Shown piece by piece: positions 63,580-64,000 of a stretch of DNA of 64,000 nt (its first letter is position 1; the number at the start of each line of letters is the position of its first letter). Both the position numbers and the translations under genes were made by a program. The notes under the pieces are model-generated. The model had not been told where the DNA came from. It did no database searches and was given only the letters and a program-made list of their open reading frames with translations. The stretch comes from Camelus ferus (taxonomy: Eukaryota), in contig NC_045701.1 of NCBI RefSeq assembly GCF_009834535.1, positions 13,516,001 to 13,580,000 on the forward strand, given 5' to 3'.

Positions 63580-64000
63580 TTGTAGGTCTCTTTTTTCCTC
63601 TTTCTTCTTTTTGTTCTCTTTTCTTATGGTTTGATGACTAGAAAAGGTCCTTTAACATTTGTTGTAAAGCTGGTTTGGTGGTGCTGAAATCTTTTAGCTT
63701 TTGTTTATCTGTGAAGCTTTTGATTTCTCCATCAAGTCTGAATGAGAGCATTCCTGGATACAGTATCCTTGGTTGTAAGTTTGCCCCTTGCATCACTTTA
63801 AATATATAGTGCCACTCCCTTCTGGCTTGTAGTGTTTCTGCTGAAAAATCAGCTGATAATCTTATGGGAGTTCCCTTGTATGTTATTTGTTGCTTTTCTC
63901 TTGCTAATTTTAATATTTTCTCCTTATCCTTAATTGTTGTCAATTTGATGACTATATGCCTTGGTGGTGTGTTCCTCTTTGGGTTGATTCTGTGTGGTAA
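63580..64000 (-). mobile_element. Younger LINE-1: ORF1 C-terminus plus distal inter-ORF spacer, running off the window end
   Basis: Nucleotide and protein match to L1; the spacer tcatcaaaccataagaaaagagaacaaaaagaagaaagaggaaaaaaagagacctacaaa normally lies just before the ORF2 start. Confidence 0.92.
63638..63943 (-). pseudogene. ORF1: LINE-1 ORF1p C-terminal domain remnant
   Basis: KDKEKILKLAREKQQITYKGTPIRLSADFSAETLQARREWHYIFKVMQGANLQPRILYPG...FTDKQKLKDFSTTKPALQQMLK carries the hallmark ORF1p motifs. ORF2 does not follow. Confidence 0.95.

Noticed and set aside
1-64000. A novel prokaryote-style system (operon, defence island, CRISPR array)
   Set aside because: The DNA is mammalian, repeat-rich and non-coding. 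There is no gene-dense region, no repeat-spacer array and no recognisable enzyme ORF other than L1 remnants.
63303-64000. Classical twin-priming 5' inversion of one L1
   Set aside because: The fragments meet tail-to-tail, the pieces are not adjacent in L1 coordinates, and no poly(A)/TSD fits.

Overview
Mammalian nuclear DNA from a draft assembly: AT-rich, CpG-poor, with nine N-gaps of 132-320 bp. It is not prokaryotic, and there are no operons, CRISPR arrays or rRNA/tRNA genes. A camelid-type tRNA-derived SINE (1121-1247) and a camelid-type L1 3' end (6411-6680) point to camel/alpaca/llama; both assignments come from remembered consensus sequences. The window looks intronic or intergenic. It is dominated by ancient eutherian repeats (L2, MIR, L1M, MLT1/LTR16 solo LTRs, hAT MITEs), several of them nested, with repeat-free stretches between that look like regulatory DNA. 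I recognise no host protein-coding exon. The only recognisable protein in the ORF track is a decayed LINE-1 ORF1p C-terminus (63638-63943, minus); the other ORFs are gap-spanning, repeat-derived or of chance length. I found no supportable evidence for a new biological system. The best leads are modest: (i) a TATA-box first-exon candidate whose frame is broken by a single TGA (51569-51862); (ii) a palindromic MER135-like element overlapping splice signals (11381-11582); (iii) micro-exon candidates; (iv) a duplication-amplified D-box cluster; (v) a tail-to-tail L1 junction. Boundaries of old repeats are approximate (tens of bp), and subfamily names are by-eye matches that need RepeatMasker/Dfam confirmation.
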